Source: Yuukianura sp. NJ FZ-2021 | Lineage: Eukaryota | Length of the DNA: 64,000 nt | Direction of reading: 5' to 3' | Assembly: GCA_046563655.1 (NCBI GenBank) | Contig: CM102283.1 | Location: forward strand, 5,394,001 to 5,458,000 | Shown here: one piece after another, positions 27,101-39,484 of the stretch | Position numbering within the stretch: position 1 is the stretch's first letter | How the letters are laid out: the number at the start of each line of letters is the position of its first letter | The notes under the pieces: model-generated | Databases searched by the model: none | Told to the model about the DNA's origin: nothing | Seen by the model: the letters and a program-made list of their open reading frames with translations, nothing else | Program-made: the position numbers and the translations under genes

Positions 27101-30100
27101 TGTGGATTGGATTCTGTGCAAATTTGGATACCGTGACGATGTGATAGGGATCGTTCTAAACAGTAGTTGGCTCTGAAACAGGGTATATTTTGGGGCAGGA
27201 TGTTGTGTTCTCATCGCCCGGTTATTTTTAGACCGGGCATCTTCTTCATCATGTTCGGTGGTGGTTTGTGCAGAGGTTTTAGGTTTTCTGGTGCCAAATG
27301 GGAGTCATTCCCACGTTAAAAATTAAATTTTGTCCCTCAAACTCCGAATTTCCGTTGACTCGGTTCTTTCTCTCCGAAGTTTTGGTGAGACAACAACGTC
27401 TGAAACTGCTTTTGGTTTTTGAAACTTCTGTTTTGTGAGAGACGTTTTTAGTGGTGCTATTACTATTAGAGACGGAGTGCGCTGGAGGAATTGTACCTGG
27501 TTTGTGTTCTTGTGATTTACTATTCCAGCGTTGATTTGTTAGCGCATGCCAACATGGCTGCTTCTGGAGTCAAATCCAGAGAAGTCGACACCAGTCGACC
27601 AACTCCTGCACGCAGGGCCGTCTATGGCCGTTCAGCCACGTCCAGCATGACGCAACTCCTCTCAGACTCCGACGTAGTTAAGAGTTGCACGAGCCTGTTA
27701 CAGCGATTGACTAATCGAAATTTAGGGTTAGGAACGATTAGTGCCGTATCTCCAGTTGTGGTTGGTCAGTCCGATGGGAGTGTGGTTGAGACTCCGCCAG
27801 AGGTTTTGCCAAGGTCAACTCCATTGGAACGACGCGGCAGTGGAGTGAGCTTATCTGGAAGAAAAAGTTCAATTGGAAGTGGCTTAGGAGACGTTTCAGA
27901 CTATACCTACGTCAAATACAAACCGCCGTTGCCACTTCCAGGAAATTCCGCAGGTTCAAAACCAACAGTGTTTCCCAGTATCACTGCTGAAGCGAGTGCC
28001 AATGGCGATGGAAATAACAATATGACGCAGAAGAGCCAACCACCGCCAAAGTCCAACTTTTTGTATTTTGGAAACGAACGCCTGAGGGAACTGGAACTCA
28101 AATTCACTGAAAGATACAATCGCTTGTTTGGTCCAAAAGCGACGGATGTGACGACAGACAAGAGTGTCGCTTCTGCTGATGTCACTGCCAGAGGAAGTCG
28201 TCCCCCTACGACATCACGTGACCTCCGTACGAACGAGGACCTCAAAGGCTACGGATTGGCCCACAGTGCCACCTCGTTGACGATTGGCCAAAGTCGTCTC
28301 TACTCTCCATCCAGAGTACCAACAAGTTCATTGACTTTGAATGTTCCTAGCTATCCTCCACCGACACTCAGATCCTCAGGTTACGACCATCGACCGGACT
28401 TAGCTTCTTCTGGAAGTAGAAGAAATTTTGGATTGGCCAAAAGTTCCAGCAGCAGTGTCATTGGAGCATCATCGGACAAGCCAAGAAGTACTGCTGGAGC
28501 AGGAGACATACCGAGACGAAAGTATTTTCCGTACGGCTCAACTGCTTCTGGAAGTGGAACGGCGTATCCCCCTCCTCCTCCGACTAGTCATGGAAGTTAC
28601 CTTACGAATGGACTGGAATCTGTACCGGAAGTAACGTCGACCAATCCACTACCGTGGCAGCTACGAACTCGAGCAGAACAGAGGGAACGTGCAAGGGAAA
28701 TCAGTACTGCCCTCACGCGGTCCAGCACAAACTACAATCTGCTTCCGAGAACCCTGGAATCCATTGAAAGAGACACAACCGCCAAAATTAAGCCGGAGAC
28801 ACAAGTATCAGCAGTGAAGGACGAAGAAGAGTCCGATTCGTCAGACGACGAAGACGAAGAATTGGCTGTCAAAGGCACCTTCAAAATCCCATCTCGCTAT
28901 TATTATAGAAGATTTCGACATAAGAAGGCCTCTCCCGTGGGAGTTCCAGAAACGAATCAGTCCAGTGCTACTGCAAGTACTGGGTCACTTGACCTGTCAT
29001 TAGAAGCTCAATTTGTGCCTCCTACAACGGCTGACCCTGTGACCTCAACTTCAACTGCAGCAGCAGTTGCGACTTCAAGTCAAGACGTTTTGCCAATTTC
29101 TACTTCACATGTACTGGCCTACGACGTTTCTCCGATGAAGAAGCAAGCCAAAGAGAGAGATCCGGAAGAGGATGCGGAAGGAAAAGACTCCGACAAGGAG
29201 AACGAATTGATTCGACCTCAGCCAACGCCCAGCCAATCAGATGATTGTTCAGAAGTAGATTTGGTGCGAAAGAAGGAAATTGAAGAACTGATTAAGAAGT
29301 ACTCTGGGATTTCATATGCCTCCAAACCTACCGCGGCAATACCGCTAGTCTCTCTGCCGACTCCAGTTGCACCCCAAGCTCCGCCTCCACAGCCGCCGCC
29401 AGTTGAAGCTTCATCAACAACAACAACAACGAACGATGACATTGTAAACAACAATTGGAAGATTGGGAGCACAAGTTGTGCTGCTCTTGACGTAGACCCG
29501 CGTGGCCATGGACTCAGATGCAGTGGGTTGAGTCAAAGTCAGAGTTTCCGAGCACTGACGAACAGCGGAAGAACGTCTGGCTATGGCCTGGCAAACTCTT
29601 CCTCTGCTCTCTCCTTGTCCTTAGGGAAACGACAACCTGAAAAGTTTCAGTCTTCTGCTGTGATAGGCAAAGATTTACTCGTAAGTACTGTCCAATTTGA
29701 ATAATTGCAGTTCTTTTGTATCTCCAATTGATTTTCATCAGTTACTCTTTGACTGAATCCTGATTCCTATCAATTTGAGAAAGTGTGCAATTGGAGCATT
29801 GCGCAGCAAAAACAGTAAACATTGACATTGGAATTGATGTTTAATTTGGATCGTTGTTGGCTAATTTCAGAGTTCGCGCCCTCAAACACCCTCTGTGGTA
29901 GACGATGACGAAGGTCACTTGGTTTATAGGAAGGGAGACGTGCTCTGTGGTCGATGTAAGTCAAATTGATGTGTCAAAGTTGATCTACTTCTGTTAAACT
30001 TTCATTTTCAATCTTATTTGATGTTAAATTTTGATATTTTTAGATAAAATTCTGGATACGCTCGGGGAAGGAACGTTTGGAAAAGTGGTTCAAGTGAAAG

Positions 30101-32127
30101 ATTTGGACGAGTGAGTGAATTTTGTGTCAATTTGTCATAAATCAATTTGCGCACGCGTTAGACTTTTTTAGTGTGGTTTTGGAATTTGTGTCAAGATGAA
30201 AGATGGGAGAGAAGTTTAAGCTGTCGCGTTCCTTTTTCAGTCCAAGGTTGACAGGACTGTTGGGCATTTGTGACAAGGTGACCGAGTTCCTGCGCGTCTT
30301 TTTCCTTTCTAACAACTTCGGCTTAACTTTATGTCATATTCAGTTTCATCTTCATATGTAACTATGCGTCACCATTTTCACTTTTACGATTTACTTTCTA
30401 TCTTGTTACAGTTTGGGTTTTGGCTTGAGCAATTTTGGTGAAATAACGGCAGAGTGGTATGACTCATAACTGCGCAGGCTCATTTTTCTGGAACTTGCTC
30501 CGATGAAAGTTTTTTTTTTCTGAGATTTTTTGTAGATTAGTTCTGAAATCTAATTTTAACTTTTTTGGAGGAGGAGGATGAAAAGAAAATAGTTGTGTTG
30601 TGACTTGGTTAGTCTTTATCGTTGGAACGCAAGTGCTTGAATTAAGATGCGATTGGTGTGATGTCATGATTCTAAATGAAAACTTGACACCTTTTGGCTC
30701 AATTTTTCTGGTTTTGTACTTTGTCCTGGATGTCATGAAGACGCGTCGCTCCAAAACCTCTGAACTCATTAAATATGTTATTCTTATACTAATTTTATTT
30801 TTTGTTTGCAGTGATAAATGTATCGCCTTGAAGATTATTAAGAATGTGGCCAAGTATCGGGAGGCAGCCAGATTGGAGATCAATGTCCTTGAAAAGTTGG
30901 CGAGCAAAGATCCACACTCAAAGTTGTAAGAGACAAAAATATTTTTATTTTGGGAAGAGACTGTTATTTTGGAAGAGATGATGGTTTTATATAACGCAAA
31001 CTGAATTTTGCGCAGCCTCTGTGTCAAAATGTTGGATTGGTTTGACTACCATGGACACGTTTGCATCTCCTTCGAAATGCTTGGACTTTCTGTCTTCGAT
31101 TTCTTGGTAAGTCGTGACACTACGAATCACGATTAGTTAATTGGAACTAACTTTGTAACTTTGAACTTAATTGATGATTTACAGAAAGAAAACAACTACA
31201 ATCCGTACCCCTTGGACCAAGTTCGTCACATTTCTTACCAATTATGTCACGCTGTTAAGTTCCTGCATGATCATCAGTTGACACACACTGACTTGAAACC
31301 GGAGAACATTCTGTTCGTGGATTCCGGATACGACACAAGCTATGATAGCAGACGGAAGCGAGGAGTGAGAAGAGTCAAGAACTCGGAAGTGAGACTCATT
31401 GACTTTGGATCTGCCACGTTTGACCATGAGCACCACTCATCCATCGTGTCCACCCGACACTACAGAGCTCCAGAAGTGATCTTAGAACTGGGATGGTCTC
31501 AACCTTGCGACGTCTGGAGCATTGGCTGTATTATGTTCGAGCTGTATCTAGGAATTACATTATTTCAAACACATGATAACAGAGAGCATCTTGCGATGAT
31601 GGAAAGAATACTTGGCCCTATACCGTCCAGGTTAGTAGCAAACTTCATAATTTAGAAAGTAGCGAATTCTTATGATGTTCTGATTTTTGTACATATGTTT
31701 TTATATTCTTGGATTTAGAATGTCGCGGAGGACGAGGACAAAGTACTTCTATCATGGACGCCTAGACTGGGATGACCGATCGTCTGCTGGACGCTACGTC
31801 AGAGATAATTGCCTTCCGCTGCATGTAAGCAAACAAGTTTTGAGCGGAAACGCTTCCAAAAAAAGTTCAGTTTTGAAAAACTTTCGACGTTTTTAGTTGA
31901 CGGTTTTCTGTTTCTTTTTTTAGCGTTACATGAAGACAGATGACGACGCCACTCGAGAGTTGTTTGACTTGATTGCCAAGATGCTGGAATACGAATCTTC
32001 GCAGCGAATTACGCTGAGTGAAGCACTGCGCCATCCGTTCTTCGACAAAGTTCCCAGCCATATGCGTCTCAAGGATAAGTCTAAAATCTCATTGTGCAGG
32101 GATAGAAGCCAGAGCTTATCCAGATGA
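18120..32127 (+). CDS. Doa: CLK/Doa LAMMER dual-specificity kinase. RS-rich isoform exons 18120-18337, 25876-26053, 29871-29955, 30043-30109, 30813-30924, 31016-31106, 31185-31630, 31719-31824, 31924-32127
   Basis: [60 protein letters not shown] and [11 protein letters not shown]. The RS-rich first exon and 25.9 kb exon join in compatible phases (2, then 0); linkage of the distal exons is inferred. Confidence 0.9.
21273..22109. mobile_element. pogo/Tigger-like MITE with an internal ~90-bp inverted repeat, in a CLK intron
   Basis: Degenerate TIRs CCGTAAAACCCGTCATTACGCAAC / CAGTCAAGCCCGTCATTGCACAAC (reverse complement), each flanked by TA. Internal arms 21701-21793 and 21849-21942. Confidence 0.65.
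24322..24430. repeat. Two-copy tandem repeat, ~56 bp unit
   Basis: AATTTTTG(C/T)TTCTAGACTGAAATTTT(T)GGGTGTTTTTAAAATA(A)GTAGTGAAA occurs twice in succession. Confidence 0.85.
27554..29680 (+). CDS. Doa: Large alternative first coding exon (~709 aa, Ser/Pro-rich, disordered) of the CLK/Doa kinase
   Basis: Uninterrupted ORF from ATG 27554 ending at a strong donor CTC|GTAAGT in phase 0, compatible with the exon at 29871. Confidence 0.75.
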
Positions 32128-33977
32128 AAATTAGTCGCCCAACAGGATCCGAAGACAAAACTTCCAGAGTAATGTTACAGAAGTTAAGAAGAGAGATTTC
32201 AAAGGCAGTTTCACAAGAATTACGTTCTTCATATGCTCATCACATTGTAGAGTAATAATTAGGCTTAGAGAAACAAGTTTACCAGGGATACTAATTTACA
32301 TCAATTTTACTTTCACTTCGGAGCAAACGGAACTTTTCTCCATTCATCCCGCCCCTATTATTCCAACTTTTAACACAAATCCTTGAGTCTTATAAACTTT
32401 TCGTTCGCATCGTTCAGTTCAGTATGTTGTGCAAATTTAGAAGCATCTTTCATTTCAGGAGTCCTCCCCAATCCACTAACTACTTTTTTTAGCATTCGCG
32501 AATTGGGAAATACGAAGTGTATTTTTAAACTTGTAGCGATTGCAATAAAGTCAGTCGCTTTGATTTAATAAGTAGTCCAAAAATACGACCCAATTCGTTT
32601 GAACCCAGTTTGCCTTTGTCTAATAACCCTAAACAGTTTTGTGTAATAGTTTGCTAAGTTACAACAATTGATTTGACCTTATTAGCCTTCTGTAGCGTAT
32701 AGGATCTGGATTGTTTGGTTGTTGTGTCTCTGTATAAGTGATAGGGCTTTTGGAAGCCTTTGATAAGCGTTTGTGGACGAAATTTACTACGAATTACCTT
32801 AATTTTGGAAATAATGCCACTCAATTTTAACGGGGTAGAATCCTCTAAATATTTTTAGGGTAAAACTGAAGAGGGGCGAGGCTGAAGTTTAGGTTACAAA
32901 ACTGAATTAAATTACACTTACTTAGACGTGTTGTGAAGGAATTGTAAATTAACTTAATTAGTTTTTATAGACCTTAAGTATGGTACAGTATTTTAAAAAC
33001 CATTTTCTGTCAGAACGAAGTGGACGAAATATACTTTTGTTGTTGAAAACAAGAGTTGGATATCCTCAAGCATTGTCTCAATAAATTACTACGATTGACT
33101 CTGAACATTTTCTGGTTTTCCGCCTTTTAAAGTTACGTTAAGTCCTCCACATTTAATTATATTTAATTCCGATATTTAATTACCAGATTCACAGTTGTGA
33201 ATTTTTAAGTAACTTACATATTTATTGCTAAATTCGTTCAGACAACCAAATGGCCGTTTTGCATCCAGCCTTAACTGTTCCCGTTAGTAAGCTTTACACT
33301 GGAGCTTGTTCGGCATTGTTAGCAATCCCTGTGTCAAGATGCTCTTGTTCTTCATCACGCCACTTTTAAATGTAATCCAGCATCCAGCAATTCTTTGTTT
33401 CCTTATAAATCGGATGAAGCGGACATTAATTCTCGAATTGATTATTGTAATGTTCAGTAATAGCATCTTCAACTGCCACTGTACAAGCCATCGCTCCGTT
33501 TCCCCCAACAAGACAGTTCCTAAAATTAGCAAAAAAAAATCGTAAAACTTCAGGGTAGAATTTTTTTTCTCTCGAAATTTTTCGAAATTGGACTTGATCT
33601 GCGCCAAGTGCAAATCCAGCAAAATGAAAATGGAAAATTCCAAAATGGAAGCAGAGCAGTACTAGGATCAAGGACATGTCAAAAAGTTAGGGAACAGGGG
33701 AATCTTTCACGAGGTTAACCTAACAAATATTTCGAGACGTTAGTATAAACGTGAATATTCCGCTAGTCAAATAAATCCAAAAGAAGATGAATTTTGTTTA
33801 AAATATTTTAACTTTTACATTGTCATAGAAACCAAGTTAGTTCGGTGGATAAAGTTTGCTTTTCAACGTTTTTAAAAAGTGTAATCTTGAGGTCATCATT
33901 TCATTGCAGTGCAGTGACCTCAAACTGACGCGAGGTCACGTCGCAACAGCAAAGCAGTTGAAATTGTCAAACTTAAA

Positions 33978-35379
33978 ATGGGAAACGGCCAGAGTCAGGA
34001 CGTGGACCGGTCGGTATTCGTCCCTACCCATGCGGATTTGGTTTTTGCCAATTTCGAGGTAACTTGTAATGAGATTTTTTAAAGTTGAGGTCAAAGATCA
34101 ACTTTTTTTTGGTGTGAAGATCCTTTGGAACATTCTTGGGATGCTGGAGAATGAAGAAATTCAAAGAAGTCGCCGAGTGAACAAGACGATCAATTTCATT
34201 GCATGTAAAATTCTGAATCGGCGGAAAAATGAAGCCGCAAAGTTTTACGGATCGACGGCCATCGCAGATTTTGTGGACCGAATGAACACGAGACTGGAGG
34301 ACACAATTCCATACTCGACTTTCACCTTTAACCTCGCCAGAATTCCGGTTTCACAAGTCAAACGGTTTGGAAAGAACTTCGGACGGGAAGTCCGCAAGGT
34401 CACGCTTAATCTGGACTTCGAACCGCCGACGCCGTCTCCTACAACTCTCATGGGTTACAAATTTTGACTTAAACCCTAGTTTCAACCGAATTTGGCCAGA
34501 TTTTAACCAGATTTCATACTTCTAGACCCATTGACCAGTCCCAAGCCCAAAGCAGTTTTACTTCTGACCTTCACCTCAAATCTGGAACAACTCTGTTTGA
34601 AGTTCAAAGATCGGAAGGAAAATGTGTTGACCTTGAATGACCTTACTCGGCTTCCGATTTTTTCGAAACTTAAAATTTTGGAAATTTGTGACCTGGAGGA
34701 CCGTTGCCCATACACCACTGTGAATCTGATAACTCCGTTCCCGCCGGCTGTTCTGGACCACCACCAAAGTCACAGCACTTTTTTGACGGCAGTGATGCAA
34801 AAAGCGCCATCTCTGGACAAAATCAAAATCAGCAGAGTTGACCGTTACCTGTGCCCAATTCTGCAGCACATTCCGACTCTTTTCTCTGAAATCAACAGAA
34901 CACCTCCAGCACTGACCCTTGACCTCCACTTTATGCTGAGTGGTGACACAACCTTGTACTCCTACTCCAGTCACCGGGATTTCATGAATGAGTTGACGGA
35001 TCAAGGCTACAACCAACTGCATGAACTCAGTGTAACGATTTTAAAACCTACCGTTGACCTCATGGACGAATTTTGGGAGTTCATTGGCCTCCAGGCTCAG
35101 CGGCTACAAAAACTGCAACTCTTTTTCCTTTTCCTACCGTTTCCCTTTCCCGGTAATCTGTTTCAGTTTCCGGCCATGCCGAACTTGACCTCAGTTGACC
35201 TCTACGTGTACCACTGGGGGTACCTTCCACTTCCACCGATTACGATTAACCCAGCACTTTTTCCAAAACTGGGACCCTTGAGAACAGAGAACAAAACTGG
35301 CTACCTCCCACCAACTTACACCCGCTGTAGTATTGACATTATTAGCAGCAATAGTAATAGCAGAAACCTGAAACCGTAA
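33978..35379 (+). CDS. F-box-like / LRR-like protein copy 1 (exons 33978-34058, 34120-~34453, 34511-35379)
   Basis: MGNGQS start. ILWNILGMLENEEIQRSRRVNKTINFIA resembles an F-box, followed by LxxLxL repeats (LEQLCL, LKILEI, LHELSV, LQKLQL, MPNLTSVDL). Open frame after splicing. Confidence 0.65.
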
Positions 35380-35781
35380 TTTGGTTAACCAAGACATAAC
35401 CGAAAAAAAAATAAAAGTAAAAAGAAAGTTTTTGAAATTTTGAAAGTATCTTTTTAACTTTGTTGTAAATCAAACAATGCGAGGATTGTGTGTCGTCGAA
35501 TTGGGACTCACTTCGACGTAGATTATAGTTGACCAACTTTCTTTTTACTCTGATTAAACTCAGCGGTTTTTAGTCTTGTTTTTGAATTCGGTTCCGGGAA
35601 AAAAAAATTTGTTCCAAAATATTTTTAACCTTTACGTTGTTATGCAAACCCAGTTTGTTCGATGAATAAAGCTTGTTTTTGAAAAGTGTGGCGTCGAGGT
35701 CATTGCAGTGCAGTGGCCTTAAAATATTGAGTTGAAGAGAGTCACGCAGCAAAGCAGCAGCAGCTCAATTTCCAACTGAAA

Positions 35782-37280
35782 ATGGGAAACGGCCAAAGTC
35801 GGAATGTGGACCACTGGAGAACCCCTACACATGCGGATCTGGTTTTTGCCGATTCCGGGGTATTTGGAAATGAAATTTTTAAAATTTGAGGTCAAAGGTC
35901 AACATTTTGTTTTGATGTGAAGATCATTTGGAACATTCTTGGAATGCTGGAGAATGAAGAAATTCAAAGAAGTCGCAGAGTGAACAAAACCATGAATCTC
36001 ATCGCTTGTAAAATATTGAGTCGGCGGAAAAATGGAGCCGCAAGATTTTACGGGTCGAAGGCCATCGCGGATTTTGTAGATCGAATGGATACGCGACTGG
36101 AAGAAACAATTCCATACTCTGCGTTTATTTTTGACCTCGCCACAATTCCGGTTTCACAAGTCGAACGGTTCGGAACGAACTTCGGAGAGGAAGTGCGCAA
36201 AGTCACGCTCAATCTGGACTTCGAGTTCGAACCGCCCTCTCCCACAACTTGGTTTTCCTTTCGTTCACGTCTGACAGGTGAAAAGTTTTAACTTAAAACC
36301 TAGTTTTAGGCAGATTTAGCACGGATTTTAGCCGCATTTTAACTATTTTAACTGGATTTTAACTGTTTTAACCAGATTTCACACCTCCTGACCATTTGAC
36401 CATTGCCAAGGCCAAAGCCAAAGCCGTTTCACTGTTGACCTTGACCCCAAACCTAGAAGAACTTCGGCTGCACTTCAAAGATCGGGAAGAAAATGTGTTG
36501 ACCTTGAATCAACTTGCTCGGCTTCCGATTTTTCCGAAACTTAAAATTTTGGAAATTTGTGACCTAGAGGACCGTTGCCCCTTCACCACTGTGAATCTGA
36601 TGACTTATTTTCCACCGGCTGTTCTGGACCACCACCAAAGTCACAGCACTTTTTTGACGGCAGTGATGCAAAAAGCGCCATCTCTGGACAAAATCAAAAT
36701 CAGCAGAGTTGACCGTTACCTGTGCCCAATTCTGCAGCACATTCCGACTCTTTTCTCTGAAATCAACAGAACACCTCCAGCACTGACCCTTGATCTCCAC
36801 TTTATGCTGACTGATGACTCATCCTTGTACTCCTACTCCAGTCACCGGGATTTCATGAATGAGTTGACGGATCAAGGCTACAATCAACTGCATGAACTCA
36901 GTGTGACGATTCTATATCCGACCGCTGACCTCATGGCACAATTTTGGGCGTTCATTCACCTCCAGGCTCAAAGTCTACAAAAACTGCAACTCTACTTTGT
37001 CTTTTGGCTACCACCACCGTTTCACTTTACCGGTACTCTGATTCAGTTTCCGGCCATGCCGAACTTGACCTCACTTGACGTATGCGCGTACGACTGCGAC
37101 TCGGGGCTCTTTCCGATTCCACCGATTACCGTAAATCCAGCACTTTTTCCGAAACTGGGACCCTTGAGAACAGAAAACAAAACTGGCTGCCTCCCGTCGT
37201 CGTACTTTTCAGGAAGTTCAATCCGCGCTAATATTCGAATTATTAGCAGCAATAGTAATACGACCAACTTGAAACCGTAA
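35782..37280 (+). CDS. F-box-like / LRR-like protein copy 2 (tandem paralogue, 3 exons)
   Basis: Same exon structure and clearly alignable to copy 1, including upstream and downstream flanks. Open frame. Confidence 0.65.
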
Positions 37281-37415
37281 CTTGGTTAATCAAGACATAA
37301 GACATAACCAACATAACATGAAAGTATTAAAAATTTTTTTTTGAAATTTTGAAAGTTTCTTTTTAACATTGTTGTAAATGAAGCAATGATTGGTCGTCGT
37401 CGAATAATTTGGGAC

Positions 37416-37576
37416 CAGTGTTGATGGATGGATAAAACGTTTCTTCCATCTCAGTGGAAATTGGTGGAAGTATCCGGATTTAATTGAATATATCCAATTT
37501 GTCCAGTTATTCCATCCAGATGAAACCTTATATCGACTGGATGAAATATCGAAAAAGTGGATATCCACCCACACTG
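37416..37576. mobile_element. hAT-type MITE (161 bp) inserted 3' of F-box copy 2
   Basis: Absent from the homologous position after copy 1 (~35500). CAGTGT..TGGAT / ATCCACCCACACTG termini, imperfect 8-bp TSD TTTGGGAC/TTTGGACC, many internal TGGAT/ATCCA motifs. Confidence 0.7.
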
Positions 37577-37692
37577 TTTGGACCCACTTGGACGTAGATT
37601 ATAGCTGATTAACTTTCTTTTAACTCTGATTAAGTTCAACGGTTTTTAGTCTTGTTTTCTGAATTATGTTCCAACAAAAAAAATTGTCCGGC

Positions 37693-37910
37693 AAGAAGAT
37701 CATTTTTGTTCAAAAATATTTTTCACTTTTACGTTGTTATGGAAACCCAATCCGTTCGGTGCATAAAGTTTGCTTTTAAATGTTTTTAAAAGTGCGACCT
37801 TGAGGTCATCGCAGTGACCTCAAAATTTTGAGTGGTAAACTGGAGGCGAGGTCACGCAGCAAACCAGCTCAAATTGTCAAACTAAAAATGGGAAACGGCC
37901 AAAGTCGGAA
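37693..37910 (+). pseudogene. Truncated third unit of the F-box-like tandem array (upstream region plus first 7 codons)
   Basis: Aligns to 33781-33995 and 35607-35805. ATGGGAAACGGCCAAAGTCGGAA at 37888 breaks off into inverted COQ7 sequence. Confidence 0.8.
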
Positions 37911-39287
37911 AGTATCGTGCTCGACCTACTTTTTTTTAGTAGTTCGAGCACGATACTTTGGAATAAGAACTTCAAAAATCCTCAAATGTTCTTTTTCCTG
38001 ATCGCACATATGCTGGATCAGCGGTACGGATTTCGTGTTTCCTGAAGTTGAAATGGAGAAAAAATTAGTTTTGAAGGTTGGTCGAAATTGTAGAAATGCT
38101 TTACTTAATACGGCCATTTGTCCGGCATAAATTCGATTTACATCGAATTCACGAGCATGATCCACACGAATAATTTGATCTCTCAAGGTTTTCAATTTTT
38201 CCTCTTCTGTCGATTGAAAATGTTGATTCGATTTGGAAGTGCTTCCCGCTTGCTGTCTGCGCAGATAATTGACGAATCCCAAATGACGAGTACGAAATTG
38301 GTGATCCGAGCTTGTTATTGCAACGCGCAAACTTCAGTGACGCCGTTTGGTTATCTGAAATTTCAAATACTCAATTAATTCTTTTCGTACATTACATAAA
38401 ATTGCTGTTTTTTTTTAATGGGAATGTTTGGCAGCTTCCGCCGACGACCGCCAGACAGACAGACTAGTTAATGCTATACGTAGCTTATGCTACTTGATAA
38501 GAAAGGAAAAAAATCAATTAAAGTGCTAAATAAAGTTAATATCATCGTCTTCAAACATGTAGTTCGTAACAAAATTCGTTCAAAGCAATAATATCATTTT
38601 ATTATTACTTTAAGTTAAACTTTTTGGATCCCTTATGTCTGTTGACCGTCTGTGCTCACTTTTACAAAGTCCAACGACTTAGTAGTATTAGTAGTACTGT
38701 ATTTTCTCGCAAATACGGTTGTGAATTGCCGGACAATATGGGAGTGCTAGAAATTTTTTTTTGATATTATTCGCAAATAACATTTAAAAAAAGACGCAAT
38801 CGTGTTTTGAAACCATCTATGTTAACAAAACTAATCTAAACGCAAACTGATTTAATCTTGTGCTAAATCGTTAAATAATACGAGTCAGTATTCTCTGTTT
38901 GGGTACTTAGGCCTTACATCGAATCCGAAAGTGGTTTTCCACTGTGTTGTGCGAAGGAATTTGCCAGTATAAAACAACATTTCAAAAATTTACTTTCAAG
39001 CCGGAATATACAAGCACTCAAAATTCTTTAGGAAATTTTTATCAACGATGAGTTCCGGTTATCCGCGTCATTTTCCTCCGCACCGCTGTAATTGAAATTA
39101 TTGCAGCTCTCGCACAAACTAGAAGCTTGAACAACACCATACGACGTTTTTCTTTTACACATTTCACGTCGGATCAATTTCCAAAGCAGTCAAAAAAAAT
39201 CAATTGCTGTGTCAGATTCAAAATTATATCATGGTATTAAACATGAATCACAAGGTTTTTACCACCAATATATCTAATAGTAATGTA

Positions 39288-39484
39288 CAGGGTTGCAAAA
39301 AATATTTACTAAAAACCAGCGAAATATTTAAATAAATGCAATATTTACTGAAAAAGCTGGAAATATTTACTAGCTTAACATTACGGGCATGGGGAAATAA
39401 ATAAATATTTCGTAACAAAAATGCTCGAAATATTGATTTTGTTAACATTACAGGCATGGGAAGTAAATATTTTTTGCAACCCTG
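39288..39484. mobile_element. hAT-type MITE (197 bp) upstream of BiP
   Basis: Perfect 23-bp TIR CAGGGTTGCAAAAAATATTTACT and perfect 8-bp TSD GTAATGTA (39280-39287, 39485-39492). Internal AAATATTTAC repeats. Confidence 0.92.

Larger units (their letters stand above)
33228..38363 (-). pseudogene. COQ7: COQ7 (5-demethoxyubiquinone hydroxylase) pseudogene split in two: 5' part ~38363-37938, 3' part ~33665-33228
   Basis: 5' part: IIRVDHAREFDVNRIYAGQMAVL|GNTKSVPLIQHMCDQEKEHL..PKYRAR. 3' part: TALLPFWN..AGFALGA|GTALLG..GAMACTVAVEDAITEHYNNQ..RDEEQEHLDTG..AEQAP..AGCKTAIWLSERI*. Frameshifts, in-frame TAA codons and a lost donor; introns retained. Confidence 0.9.
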
